Source: Peptococcia bacterium
Lineage (GTDB): Bacteria; Bacillota; Peptococcia; DRI-13; DTU073
Direction: 5' to 3'
DNA length: 64,000 bases
Assembly: GCA_050951605.1 (NCBI GenBank)
Contig: JBMNJJ010000009.1
Coordinates: forward strand, 66,361-130,360
This document shows positions 19,443 through 28,404 of this stretch, one piece after another (position 1 is the stretch's first letter; each line of letters begins with the position of its first letter). The notes beneath the pieces were generated by a model that worked only from the letters and a program-made list of their open reading frames with translations, ran no database searches and was not told where the DNA came from. The translations under genes and the position numbers were made by a program.

Positions 19443-19565
19443 ATGAGCATGAAAAAAGCGAAGAAAATAAAAAGTATCTTGTTATATTTTGTTTTATTAG
19501 TAGTGATTTTATTGGGGATAGCTTTTGTCACGACGATGTTATTAAAATGGTATTATAAGTTTTAA
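19443..19565 (+). CDS. 40-aa single-TM protein (not in ORF track)
   Basis: ATG preceded by a gagaggtg RBS; MSMKKAKKIKSILLYFVLLVVILLGIAFVTTMLLKWYYKF; followed directly by a strong terminator. Confidence 0.45.
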   Translation: MSMKKAKKIKSILLYFVLLVVILLGIAFVTTMLLKWYYKF

Positions 19566-19568
19566 TGA

Positions 19569-19610
19569 AAAAAACCACGCCCAAAAAACTTTTTGGCACG
19601 TGGTTTTTTT
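19569..19610. terminator. Bidirectional terminator
   Basis: aaaaaccacg...cgtggttttt long stem with flanking A/T runs, between convergent genes. Confidence 0.8.
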
Positions 19611-19669
19611 AACTAATTCTCACCATTTTACTTCATTAATATATTTATTATAACTGGAGCAAATAATTT

Positions 19670-20191
19670 TTACAACATGCAGATGAAAACGTTTAAAAGA
19701 CCAAAACCTAAGAGTAGTAGGATTGGGTGAATTTTTGTAAAAGAAAAGAGGGCGAGAGCGATTAGTGTGAGGAAAAAGTTATAGGCTGTGGTGATTGTAT
19801 TTAGACCTAAGTAGATTGCGGCTCCGATGATGAGAGCAACAACAACAGGGCGCAGACCATGGAAAACCCCTTGAAAATAGGGGTTATTTTTATTTTTTAG
19901 GACGATGTTGGCTAGGGTAGTAATGAGGATAAAGGAAGGGAAAACTACACCTAGTGTGGCCAAAACCGATCCGGTAAGTCCTGCTACTTGATAACCGACA
20001 TAGGTGGCAGTATTAATAGCGATAGGGCCCGGAGTTATTTCGGCAACAGCGATGATATCGGTAAATTGTTGTGCTGTAAGCCAGGCGTGATTGAAAACTA
20101 TTTCTTTTTGTATCAAGGGTAGCATTGCATACCCGCCTCCGAAGCCAAAAAGACCGATCAGGAAAAATGTTTTAAAAAGGAGCCAGAGCAT
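19670..20191 (-). CDS. chrA: Chromate transporter family protein (short-chain CHR, C-terminal half type)
   Basis: FGFGGGYAMLPLIQKE and ITPGPIAIN motifs; paired with the adjacent half-size paralog. Confidence 0.85.
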   Translation of the reverse strand: MLWLLFKTFFLIGLFGFGGGYAMLPLIQKEIVFNHAWLTAQQFTDIIAVAEITPGPIAINTATYVGYQVAGLTGSVLATLGVVFPSFILITTLANIVLKNKNNPYFQGVFHGLRPVVVALIIGAAIYLGLNTITTAYNFFLTLIALALFSFTKIHPILLLLGFGLLNVFICML

Positions 20192-20193
20192 TT

Positions 20194-20802
20194 TTAGGAG
20201 ACCTCCTTTGAACCCTTTTTGAGCAAATGGTTATAGAGAACTCCGGCGAGAGCACCAAAAAGGATAAGTAAAAAAGGGTGTAAATCTAGAATTAGGAGTA
20301 ATCCTAAAGTGATAGTTCCCAGAGCAAGGCTGAAGAAAGAGTTTATAATTTTGCGACTTGTTTTTAATCCCACTCCTAAGATTAAAGCTACAATGGCAGG
20401 TCTAACTCCTTCAAAAAATCGGTTCAAGTAATAATGGTCACTTTGTGTAGATAAAAAAGTTGCTAAAAATAAAATAATCATAAAGGAAGGAATTATTGTT
20501 CCTAAAAGGGCGGCGATAGCCCCGGTTAATCTGTTCATTTTATAGCCGATAAAAATAGCAGCATTAACAGCAACAGGACCGGGGGCTGACTGGGTAATCG
20601 CAAGCATATCAATAAATTCCTCCTCAGACATCCAGTTGTGACGAGTTACTACTTCTTGTTGAATTAAAGGGATCATCGCATAGCCTCCACCAAAGACAAA
20701 AATCCCTATTTTGAAAAAAGTTCCAAATAACTTAAAATAAGAGGAGCGTTCTTGTTTAGAATTTAGCAATGGAGTACCTCCTTGTAGTGATGAGACAAAC
20801 AT
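20194..20802 (-). CDS. chrA: Chromate transporter family protein (short-chain CHR, N-terminal half type)
   Basis: FVFGGGYAMIPLIQQE and SAPGPVAVN motifs; 2-nt gap to the partner gene. Confidence 0.85.
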   Translation of the reverse strand: MFVSSLQGGTPLLNSKQERSSYFKLFGTFFKIGIFVFGGGYAMIPLIQQEVVTRHNWMSEEEFIDMLAITQSAPGPVAVNAAIFIGYKMNRLTGAIAALLGTIIPSFMIILFLATFLSTQSDHYYLNRFFEGVRPAIVALILGVGLKTSRKIINSFFSLALGTITLGLLLILDLHPFLLILFGALAGVLYNHLLKKGSKEVS

Positions 20803-20909
20803 AGTGTATATACCTTAGCATATTCTGGTTTTTTAGTCATGCACTTATTTTATAATTTTAACATAGTAATAAAGGAGATAAGAGATAAGAAAAAGGTGGC
20901 GAAAAATAA

Positions 20910-21194
20910 ATGGGGGTACAGCAATTTCTTCAAGCGTTGAATTATCTGCCACAGATTGTGGAGATGCTTAAAAAAATGAACGCGGAAGCAAAGGAGGAGT
21001 TTATTAATAAATTAGGTTTAGAAGGAGAAGAAAGAGAAAATGCTTTAAAAATTTTAAGTCGTTTTCAAAAAGGAGAAACTTTAACGAAAGAAGAACAAAA
21101 AGCTGCTCAAGAGTTATTTTTAAAAGCCTTAGAAATGAACGACTTAAATATAACTGATTTGTTTAAATTGCCGCTGGACAAAAAAATCACTTAA
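20910..21194 (+). CDS. Hypothetical helical protein
   Basis: 94-aa charged, helical ORF with an RBS; the first gene of a co-oriented cluster of unknowns. Confidence 0.5.
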   Translation: MGVQQFLQALNYLPQIVEMLKKMNAEAKEEFINKLGLEGEERENALKILSRFQKGETLTKEEQKAAQELFLKALEMNDLNITDLFKLPLDKKIT

Positions 21195-21234
21195 AAAGAT
21201 TCTTGATTTTTTAATAATAAAGTTTTGAAAAGAG

Positions 21235-21855
21235 GTGAATAATTTGACCAGTTTGCAATTTAGGTATGATGGTTATAAAAGACCGGAACGGAGGCCGGAG
21301 GTGTGTTTTTTTCCGCCAAGGTATAATTTCCAAAATTATGGTATTTATACGTCGGTAAAAGATACAGCAAAAGAAAAAAAAGTAGTAGAAGTAGAAAACG
21401 ATTCGTTAGAGCAGAAGGAGCAAGTAGAAGTAGAAAGAGATTCTTTAAAGCTAAAGGAGCAGGTAGAAGTAGAAAAGGAAGAAAAAAAAGAAAAGGAGGA
21501 AGTGGAAAATTTCGATGTTTCACAGGTTAGTGAAATGTTGATTAAGAATTTGACAACTACGGAGGCAAAGCTTACTGAGGTTAAAAGTCAAGTGGAATTT
21601 GCTAAAACGTTTTTTGATGATCTTATTTTTAAGTTGGAAAGTTTTCTGCAAATAGTAGATATAGTTAAAGCAAATGAAAAAAGAAGACTTAGTGAACCTC
21701 AAGCTCAGTTAGCTTCTTTAAAAACTTCTCAAGATTCTGTTGACGAATTTTTGGAGCTTTTACAAGGTCCTGTTTTTCAAAATATTTTGCGTCAGTTCTT
21801 GATTAGTGTATTAGTAAAGAAGGGTAATGTAACTAATTTTCAGGATAGAACATAG
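21235..21855 (+). CDS. Hypothetical protein with Glu-rich tandem repeats; paralog of 22664..23002
   Basis: Its C-terminal ...LESFLQIVDIVK...DEFLELLQGPVFQNILRQFL matches ...LDSVLNIVKGVK...IDNLLEMLKTPTFQKLARQLL in the downstream ORF. Confidence 0.55.
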   Translation: MNNLTSLQFRYDGYKRPERRPEVCFFPPRYNFQNYGIYTSVKDTAKEKKVVEVENDSLEQKEQVEVERDSLKLKEQVEVEKEEKKEKEEVENFDVSQVSEMLIKNLTTTEAKLTEVKSQVEFAKTFFDDLIFKLESFLQIVDIVKANEKRRLSEPQAQLASLKTSQDSVDEFLELLQGPVFQNILRQFLISVLVKKGNVTNFQDRT

Positions 21856-21900
21856 AATAAAGAAGAATTAAGGATGAGGTGTGGAGGGAGGTAGGGTTGG

Positions 21901-22218
21901 ATGATGGATTCTTACGGCAAATATTATTTTTATAAGGGACTTTCCGAAGAAAAGGAAAGAAGGTATCAACCTAAACAGTATAATAAAGAAAGAGACCAAT
22001 TAGAAAATGGGAAAGAACGAGCCGAAAGACAACCTGATGAGATCTCCTTTTTTGGGATAAAACTTTCTTATGCAAAAGCTTTTGGGATTGCCTTTTTAAT
22101 TATATTTTTACTATTGTTTTTTCCGGGAATAGGAGTATCCAGTTCAGTAGTGAAGAGCAAAATGAAAACAGAAAGTAGTGAAAAGGGCAATCTTAAGGAG
22201 GACACTAAGACTTTTTAA
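21901..22218 (+). CDS. Hypothetical single-TM protein
   Basis: 105 aa. The TM segment FGIAFLIIFLLLFFPGIG resembles the tiny proteins encoded just downstream. Confidence 0.5.
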   Translation: MMDSYGKYYFYKGLSEEKERRYQPKQYNKERDQLENGKERAERQPDEISFFGIKLSYAKAFGIAFLIIFLLLFFPGIGVSSSVVKSKMKTESSEKGNLKEDTKTF

Positions 22219-22235
22219 CAGGAAAGGAGGTAGTT

Positions 22236-22367
22236 ATGATGTTAGAAGAACAGACTAATGTTGATTCGTACTTTGGAGGTTTTAACTGGATTTGGATAAT
22301 CTTTATTATCTTACTTATTTTTTGCATTTTCCCTTTTATTTTCCGTCCTTTTGGTCCTTGTTATTAA
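22236..22367 (+). CDS. YjcZ-like tiny transmembrane protein (43 aa; not in ORF track)
   Basis: aaaggagg RBS; MMLEEQTNVDSYFGGFNWIWIIFIILLIFCIFPFIFRPFGPCY, i.e. a GGF motif followed by a hydrophobic run. Confidence 0.55.
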   Translation: MMLEEQTNVDSYFGGFNWIWIIFIILLIFCIFPFIFRPFGPCY

Positions 22368-22458
22368 TAAAAAACCAGTAAATTTTGGTTACCAAGATGG
22401 TTAAAAAAACATAAGATAAAGCAAGTAAGAGAAAATATTATTGAGGAGGTATTTAAAA

Positions 22459-22578
22459 ATGGCTGAAGTTAATAATCCCGGTTTGTTATCCTGGACGTGG
22501 TGGTTTTGGTATATTCTTTCTGGTGATTTTAATTCTGTTACTTTTCCCTGGTTTTTTTGGTGGCTTCTATTAAGTTAA
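22459..22578 (+). CDS. Second YjcZ-like tiny protein, probably frameshifted
   Basis: gaggaggt RBS plus ATG 22459. The +1 frame reads ...GRGGFGIFFLVILILLLFPGFFGGFY* (stop at 22573). Removing one base near 22477..22484 gives MAEVNNPVCYPGRGGFGIFF... Confidence 0.45.
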   Translation: MAEVNNPGLLSWTWWFWYILSGDFNSVTFPWFFWWLLLS

Positions 22579-22663
22579 AGAGGGGCGCAGCTAAAATGCG
22601 CCTCTTAAACTACATAAAGATATCTCTTCTTTTTATTTGATAAAAAAGTGGGGAGGGGAAGGG

Positions 22664-23002
22664 ATGAGAGAGGGGCAACAAGATTTTATGGTAAAGCAAG
22701 GAACGTTTATTTTAGAAAATTTAGAGCTAATATCTCAGGAAATTAATAATGTTCATAGTATGTGTGCCCGCTTACGTATATTATTGGATGAGGGAACATC
22801 TAAATTAGATTCTGTATTAAATATTGTTAAAGGTGTAAAAACAAAAGAAGAGGAAATAATGACTGCGGGGGGAGAACAGGCCGTTCTTCAGCAATTAAAT
22901 GAAGAGCAAATAGATAATTTATTAGAAATGCTAAAGACACCTACTTTTCAGAAGCTTGCTCGGCAATTGTTAACACGTTGGATAAATAGTGAGGAAAAAT
23001 AA
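22664..23002 (+). CDS. Hypothetical protein, paralog of the 21235..21855 C-terminal region
   Basis: ATG 22664 behind a GGGGAGGGG RBS; shared LxxVLxIVxxVK and LLEMLxxPxFQxxxRQxL motifs; terminator at 23001..23032. Confidence 0.55.
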   Translation: MREGQQDFMVKQGTFILENLELISQEINNVHSMCARLRILLDEGTSKLDSVLNIVKGVKTKEEEIMTAGGEQAVLQQLNEEQIDNLLEMLKTPTFQKLARQLLTRWINSEEK

Positions 23003-23096
23003 AAACACCCTACATTGGTAGGGTGTTTTTTTGGAATTAGCTAATAAAAAATGGTATGATGGTATGATTTTATTGTTTTTTACTTAAAATAAAGGC

Positions 23097-23501
23097 ATGG
23101 TGAAAAGATTTGTGATTTATGGACTTTTAGGTTGGACTATGGAAATATTATGGACAGGTTTAGGGTCCTTACTTAAGGGAAACTTAATGTTGTCTAGTTT
23201 CACTTATTTATGGATGTTTCCTATTTATGGTTTAGCTGTTTTTTTAGAACCTGTTCATGATTATATAGATAATTTACCTTGGTATGTGCGAGGCGGGATT
23301 TGGGTAGTTATTATTTTGTCTTTAGAATATCTTACCGGGTGGTTACTTATGAGTTTTTTAGGTCGTTGTCCCTGGGATTATAGTGATGTTACTCCTTATC
23401 ATATTCAGGGTTTGATTCGTTTAGATTATATTCCGGCTTGGTTTTTGGCAGGTCTTGTTTTTGAAAAAATTCATCGCACTTTAGATAAATTAATACTTTA
23501 G
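23097..23501 (+). CDS. Small polytopic membrane protein (CmpB / putative ABC-transporter type IV family-like)
   Basis: 134 aa, 4 TM helices, YGLLGWTMEILWTG N-terminus. Confidence 0.5.
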   Translation: MVKRFVIYGLLGWTMEILWTGLGSLLKGNLMLSSFTYLWMFPIYGLAVFLEPVHDYIDNLPWYVRGGIWVVIILSLEYLTGWLLMSFLGRCPWDYSDVTPYHIQGLIRLDYIPAWFLAGLVFEKIHRTLDKLIL

Positions 23502-23567
23502 ACCTTGCCCGGAGGAGAAAAAACCTTTATTATTTTAGTGAGAGTAAAGACAAAGGAGGTATTTTCC

Positions 23568-24203
23568 ATGCGGGTACGTCGTCAGCCTGGTATTGAGAAA
23601 AAGCTTCGGAAAATGCCGGGGCTTGTTTTAGAGGATGCTGAATTTTTGCGAGGTAAATGGCAGAAATATTTCGGGAATAATAAACCTTTATATGTAGAGC
23701 TGGGAATGGGAAAAGGTAATTTTATTACGACAATGGCTCGTCAACGGCAGGATATTAATTTTATTGGTGTAGAGCGAGTCCCGGAAATTATTCATAAAGC
23801 GGGAAAAAAGGAAATAACGGGACTATCTAATTTGTATTTTCTGCAATTAGATGTAGCTCAGCTTGCCGAATATTTTGCTCCGAGAGAAATTGAAAGAATT
23901 TATTTGAATTTTAGTGACCCGTGGCCGAAAAAACGGCATGAGAAACGGCGTTTAACTAATCCCTTTTTTCTGAAGATATATAAAACACTTTTGAAAAATG
24001 GGGGTTCTATTCATTTTAAGACAGACAACATTGATTTTTTTGAGTATTCCTTAGAACAGTTTGTGGCGGAAAATTTTTCGTTGCAGAAAATATCTTATGA
24101 CTTACATCATTCCGGTTTTGCGGAAAATGTATTGACAGAATATGAGGCTAAATTTATGAAAAAAGGTTATCCTATTTGTCGTTGTGAAGCAATTAAGTAT
24201 TAA
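23568..24203 (+). CDS. trmB: tRNA (guanine46-N7)-methyltransferase
   Basis: ELGMGKGNF SAM motif and NFSDPWPKKRHEKRRL. Start moved to ATG 23568, behind the AAGGAGG RBS. Confidence 0.9.
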   Translation: MRVRRQPGIEKKLRKMPGLVLEDAEFLRGKWQKYFGNNKPLYVELGMGKGNFITTMARQRQDINFIGVERVPEIIHKAGKKEITGLSNLYFLQLDVAQLAEYFAPREIERIYLNFSDPWPKKRHEKRRLTNPFFLKIYKTLLKNGGSIHFKTDNIDFFEYSLEQFVAENFSLQKISYDLHHSGFAENVLTEYEAKFMKKGYPICRCEAIKY

Positions 24204-24234
24204 ATCCGTTTAAAATAGAGCGGGAGAGGGTTTT

Positions 24235-25020
24235 ATGCGTTTAGCGTTACCGAGGAGTTTAATAAGAACTTTACAAAGAGCTGTAATCGAATTCGATTTA
24301 TTAGAACAAGGAGATCGAGTGTTAGTTGGGCTTTCGGGGGGAAAAGATAGCACTTTTCTTTTGTATGCTTTAACCGTATTTATTAAGCATTTACCTTTTT
24401 CTGTAGAGATAGCAGCTTTAACAGTAGATTTGGGTTTTAAAAATAAAGAGCAAATGGAGTGGGATTCTTTAGTAAAGATATGTGATATTTTAAATGTTTC
24501 TTATCAGGTACAAAGGGCGGAACTTGCCGAGCTGATATTGCATCATCCTACTCAAAATCCTTGTGCTCAGTGTGCTTATTTTCGGCGAGCAATTATTCAT
24601 AATTATGCGCAGGAACATGGGTTTAATAAAGTTGCTTTCGCTCATCATTATGATGATGCAGTGGAAACCTTTTTAATGAGTATTTTATATTCGGGACAAG
24701 TATCGACCTTTTTACCTAAAACTTTTTTAGAGAGAACAGGAGTTACGGTAATTAGACCTTTGGTTTATATTCGTGAAAAAGAGATTAAAGCGTTTATAAA
24801 AAAACTGGGAATAGAACCTCTTCCCAGTCCTTGTGCACTTGATGGTTATACGAAAAGGGCAGAAATAAAGAAATTAATTAAAGAACTTCAAAAAGTGAAT
24901 AAAGATGTTTTTGCTCATTTAGCTGCGGCGATGCGAGAGGGGCGGCGGGGGCAAAGATGGCCCAGGGAATTGACTAAAGAGGAAATTAGGAAAAAGAGTC
25001 AACAGTTTTGGTTCACTTAG
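24235..25020 (+). CDS. PP-loop ATPase, TtcA-like tRNA thiolation family
   Basis: GLSGGKDS PP-loop, with CAQCAYFRR and PCALDGY cysteine motifs. Confidence 0.75.
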   Translation: MRLALPRSLIRTLQRAVIEFDLLEQGDRVLVGLSGGKDSTFLLYALTVFIKHLPFSVEIAALTVDLGFKNKEQMEWDSLVKICDILNVSYQVQRAELAELILHHPTQNPCAQCAYFRRAIIHNYAQEHGFNKVAFAHHYDDAVETFLMSILYSGQVSTFLPKTFLERTGVTVIRPLVYIREKEIKAFIKKLGIEPLPSPCALDGYTKRAEIKKLIKELQKVNKDVFAHLAAAMREGRRGQRWPRELTKEEIRKKSQQFWFT

Positions 25021-26168
25021 TTTTTACAGATTTTTTGTAAGGCAAAGAGGGCATAATTTATTTCTTCTTTCGAATTAAAGTGACTGAAGCTGAAGCGAAC
25101 TGTACCTTGAGGATAGGTGCCTAAAGCTTTGTGAGCAGAAGGTGCACAATGGAGACCACAGCGGGTCATAATTTGGAAATCTTCTGCAAGGAGAGAGGCT
25201 ATTTTAGCATTGTCTCTATATGGGAAATTTAAAGAGACAATGGGGACTCTGTTTTTTGTATCTTCTGAACCGATAATTTTAATATCGGGAATGTTTTTAA
25301 CATTTTGGAGAAAGAAATCAGTTAAAGCAAGCTCTGTTTTGCGAATAGTTTTAAGACTTTTTTTCAGGATGTATTTTAAAGCTGCATTTAAACCATAGAT
25401 GCCAGGAATGTTTAAAGTTCCGGCTTCAAATTTATCAGGGAGATATTCAGGTTGAATTTCTTGTTCAGAAAAACTGCCTGTACCTCCTTCAATTAGAGGG
25501 GGAAGAGTTTGGGCAAGTTGGTCATTGATGATAAAACCTCCTATGCCCATAGGCCCTAAGAGTCCTTTATGACCGGTGAAAGCAAGGGCAGAAGCTCCTA
25601 ACTCAGTAAAATTTAAATCTAGAAAACCCGCTGTTTGAGCACTGTCTATAATCAAAAAAATATTTTTTTCTTGACAAAGGCGACCAATTTCTTGGAGAGG
25701 AAGGATTGTTCCACAGACATTAGAAGCATGAGTTATAATGATGGCTTTAGTCTTAGTTTGGAGTCGTTTTTCAACAGTATTTATATCTATAGAACCTTTT
25801 TTAGAGCAAGGAATTTGCTCAATAAGAATACCTTTTTTTCGTAAAGAATTAAGAGGTCTCATTACGGCATTATGTTCGAGGGCAGAAACAAGGACATGGT
25901 CCCCCGGCTGGAGAAGTCCTTTAATAATAATATTTAAACTTTCCGTAATATTTTTTGTAAAAACAATATTGTTAGGATAAGGATAATGAAAAAGGGTGCC
26001 CAGAAGTTCTCTTGTTTCCATTACAGTATTAGCGGCAGAAAAAGAACTATCATATAATCCTCTGTTAATATTTGTACCAATATTCACAAGAAAATGATGT
26101 ATTTGTTCGGATACTTCCGGAGGTTTAGGAAAAGAAGTAGCTGCATTATCAAAATAGATACTATTCAT
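25017..26168 (-). CDS. Class V aminotransferase-fold cysteine desulfurase / selenocysteine lyase family protein
   Basis: 383 aa; ITHASNVCG and FTGHKGLLGPMG (PLP lysine); divergent from yedE. Confidence 0.8.
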   Translation of the reverse strand: MNSIYFDNAATSFPKPPEVSEQIHHFLVNIGTNINRGLYDSSFSAANTVMETRELLGTLFHYPYPNNIVFTKNITESLNIIIKGLLQPGDHVLVSALEHNAVMRPLNSLRKKGILIEQIPCSKKGSIDINTVEKRLQTKTKAIIITHASNVCGTILPLQEIGRLCQEKNIFLIIDSAQTAGFLDLNFTELGASALAFTGHKGLLGPMGIGGFIINDQLAQTLPPLIEGGTGSFSEQEIQPEYLPDKFEAGTLNIPGIYGLNAALKYILKKSLKTIRKTELALTDFFLQNVKNIPDIKIIGSEDTKNRVPIVSLNFPYRDNAKIASLLAEDFQIMTRCGLHCAPSAHKALGTYPQGTVRFSFSHFNSKEEINYALFALQKICKN

Positions 26169-26292
26169 TTAATGATCACGTCCTTTACATTGTTATTACT
26201 ATTATATGCTTTTTTCCGTAAGTTGACATGTTAAAAGCATGATGGAGTTTTGAGGATGTGTATGGAAAAGGTGAAAGAGAGGAGAGGATAAG

Positions 26293-27399
26293 GTGAAGGA
26301 GAGATTTTTTGATAGTAAAAGAGGGATTGTCTTTACCGGAGCTGTGATAGGAATTTTAGCAGTTATATTAATGCAACTTGAAGACCTCTTGCAAACTGAA
26401 TTTTGTATTGCTTGTTTTATGGATGACCTGGCTGGAGTTTTAGGTTTATATAAAGTTACTGCTGCTCAATATTTCCAATTGGAAATAATCGGGGTAGTTT
26501 TGGGTGCATTTTTAATGGCTTTTTATCGTCGCGAATTTAGTACTCGGGAAGGTTCATCGCCTTTGATTCGTTTTGTACTGGGTTTTTTGGTGATGGTTGG
26601 TATCCTTATGTTTTTGGGGTGCCCTTTACGAATGACTTTAAGATTAGGCGAGGGCGACCTTAATGCTCTTTGGGGACTGGCAGGTTTGGTTACAGGAATT
26701 GTTATAGGGATTTTCTTTTTAAAGAGAGGTTTTGGCTTAAAGAGAAATTATTGTTTGCCAAAGTTCAAAGGGCCGTTATATTTTTTAGTAATGATTAGTT
26801 TATTAATTTTATTTTTGCTCCGTCCGTTGATTTTTTATTTTAGTAAGCTTGGGTTTGATTTTATTCAACCTGTAATTTGGTTTTCTTTTCTGGTAGGAAT
26901 AGTGATTGGGATTCTTGCTCAAAGGACTAGACTTTGCCTAGTTGGTGGGTTTCGTAATTTGTTTCTGTGTAAGGATACATATCTTTTTTTAGGTTTTCTT
27001 TCTATTCTTGTGTTCACTACATTTGCTAATATTAATGCCGGTACATATAAATTAGGTTTTAGGGGTCAGCCGTTAGCTCATACAGCTAGTTTATGGAACT
27101 TTTTAGCGATGGTCTTAATAGGGTGGAGTTCGCTTTTTTTAGGAGGATGTCCTTTAAGGCAATTGGTTCTTTTGGGTGAAGGGAAGATTGATGCTTTAGT
27201 TACTTTTTTGGGGATGTTAGCGGGTGCAGTTTTTGCTCATTATTTTAAGGTTGCTTCTAGTGTGATAGGTCCTACTTTTAGTGGCAAAATCGCGGTAACA
27301 ATTAGTTTAGTCATTCTCTTTTTTATTGCATATTCTAATACAGAGGATTTAAAGTTAAAAAGAAAGGGGAAAGAAAGCAAATTTGACTATTTAAGGTGA
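26293..27399 (+). CDS. yedE: YedE-family putative selenium/sulfur-compound transport membrane protein
   Basis: Polytopic; FCIACFMDDLAG and LGCPLRM / GGCPLRQ repeated motifs. Confidence 0.75.
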   Translation: MKERFFDSKRGIVFTGAVIGILAVILMQLEDLLQTEFCIACFMDDLAGVLGLYKVTAAQYFQLEIIGVVLGAFLMAFYRREFSTREGSSPLIRFVLGFLVMVGILMFLGCPLRMTLRLGEGDLNALWGLAGLVTGIVIGIFFLKRGFGLKRNYCLPKFKGPLYFLVMISLLILFLLRPLIFYFSKLGFDFIQPVIWFSFLVGIVIGILAQRTRLCLVGGFRNLFLCKDTYLFLGFLSILVFTTFANINAGTYKLGFRGQPLAHTASLWNFLAMVLIGWSSLFLGGCPLRQLVLLGEGKIDALVTFLGMLAGAVFAHYFKVASSVIGPTFSGKIAVTISLVILFFIAYSNTEDLKLKRKGKESKFDYLR

Positions 27400-27410
27400 G
27401 GCGATAAATT

Positions 27411-27653
27411 ATGGAGTATCTGGTACTTTTTTTTACTCAATCCGGAGCGATTAAGTATCAACGTTTTCTCTCTGCACAGCGCATTCATTGTAAATTACAG
27501 CCGATACCTAGAAAATTAAGTTCAAGTTGTGGTATTGCGGCTAGCTTCCGTTATCCGGGTGATTTAAAGATGTTGATTAATGAGGATGTAAATAAGATTT
27601 ATCAAGTTGATCAAGAAAATTATATTTTGCGATATCCAGTAGAGGAAAAGTAA
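27411..27653 (+). CDS. DUF3343-like small protein (putative Se/S carrier associated with YedE)
   Basis: 80 aa; LFFTQSGAIKYQRFL...IPRKLSSSCGIA; the usual partner found downstream of yedE. Confidence 0.6.
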   Translation: MEYLVLFFTQSGAIKYQRFLSAQRIHCKLQPIPRKLSSSCGIAASFRYPGDLKMLINEDVNKIYQVDQENYILRYPVEEK

Positions 27654-27656
27654 AAA

Positions 27657-27683
27657 CGAGACCGTTGGGTAACAACGGTCTCG
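27657..27683. terminator. Bidirectional terminator
   Basis: cgagaccgttg / caacggtctcg perfect 11-bp stem. Confidence 0.85.
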
Positions 27684-27715
27684 TCTCTTTATTTTCTTTA
27701 TAAATCCGGAGGTGT

Positions 27716-28066
27716 TTAGCAATAGAGGATAACAGCCATTACTTCCAGAGGTTCGGTTCCAATATTTTCGATGGAATGAGTTTCCCCTCCACCGGTTAAG
27801 GTAGCGTCACCAGCAGAAACATCATAAGTTTTACCATTGTCATCTACACGACCTTTACCTTTAATCACATAGAATATTTCTTCATCATTTTCGTGGGGAT
27901 GGAGTCCTATGGAGCATCCGGGATTTAAAGTTAGTTTGGCGATTAGCCTGGCCGCTTTTCCGTGCAGTTCATCTTTTTTAAAAAGATGGGTTACTTTAAC
28001 ACATCCTTTTCCGTCTCGCATTTGTTCCCTAATTTCTTTAATCATATCTTCGTTTCTTCTAATCAT
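27716..28066 (-). CDS. Cupin domain protein
   Basis: 116 aa; GLHPHENDEEIFYVIKG and GETHSIEN cupin motifs. Confidence 0.8.
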   Translation of the reverse strand: MIRRNEDMIKEIREQMRDGKGCVKVTHLFKKDELHGKAARLIAKLTLNPGCSIGLHPHENDEEIFYVIKGKGRVDDNGKTYDVSAGDATLTGGGETHSIENIGTEPLEVMAVILYC

Positions 28067-28326
28067 TACCCTGCCCCCTTGTGTAATATATTTGATTTTA
28101 TGAATTTATTATATAGGTCAAAAGAAGCCCTTAACAAGGGAAATCATGTGGAAAAATCATTTTCTACCGAGTGTTGGATGTCCGGGTAAACAGAAGGAGC
28201 TTGGCTGAAAAAGCGAAAGCGGGTGGCAGATATTGTTTGTGTGATCTACAAAGGGAAAAAGTTTTAGTAAGGTTTTTATAAGTAGAAAAAGGATTTCAAC
28301 ATAAACCTGTCAATATTAATTAAAGT

Positions 28327-28342
28327 TGGCATATAAATTGCA
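28327..28342 (+). promoter_or_regulatory. Sigma-54 (-24/-12) promoter
   Basis: TGGCATataaaTTGCA, with GG (28328-9) and GC (28340-1) exactly 12 nt apart; 63 nt upstream of the PHP gene start. Confidence 0.75.
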
Positions 28343-28404
28343 ACTATACTTTTGGCGGAAAGGGATAAGAAAATGGAAGCAGATTAATGGAGGTAAGATA
28401 AAAC

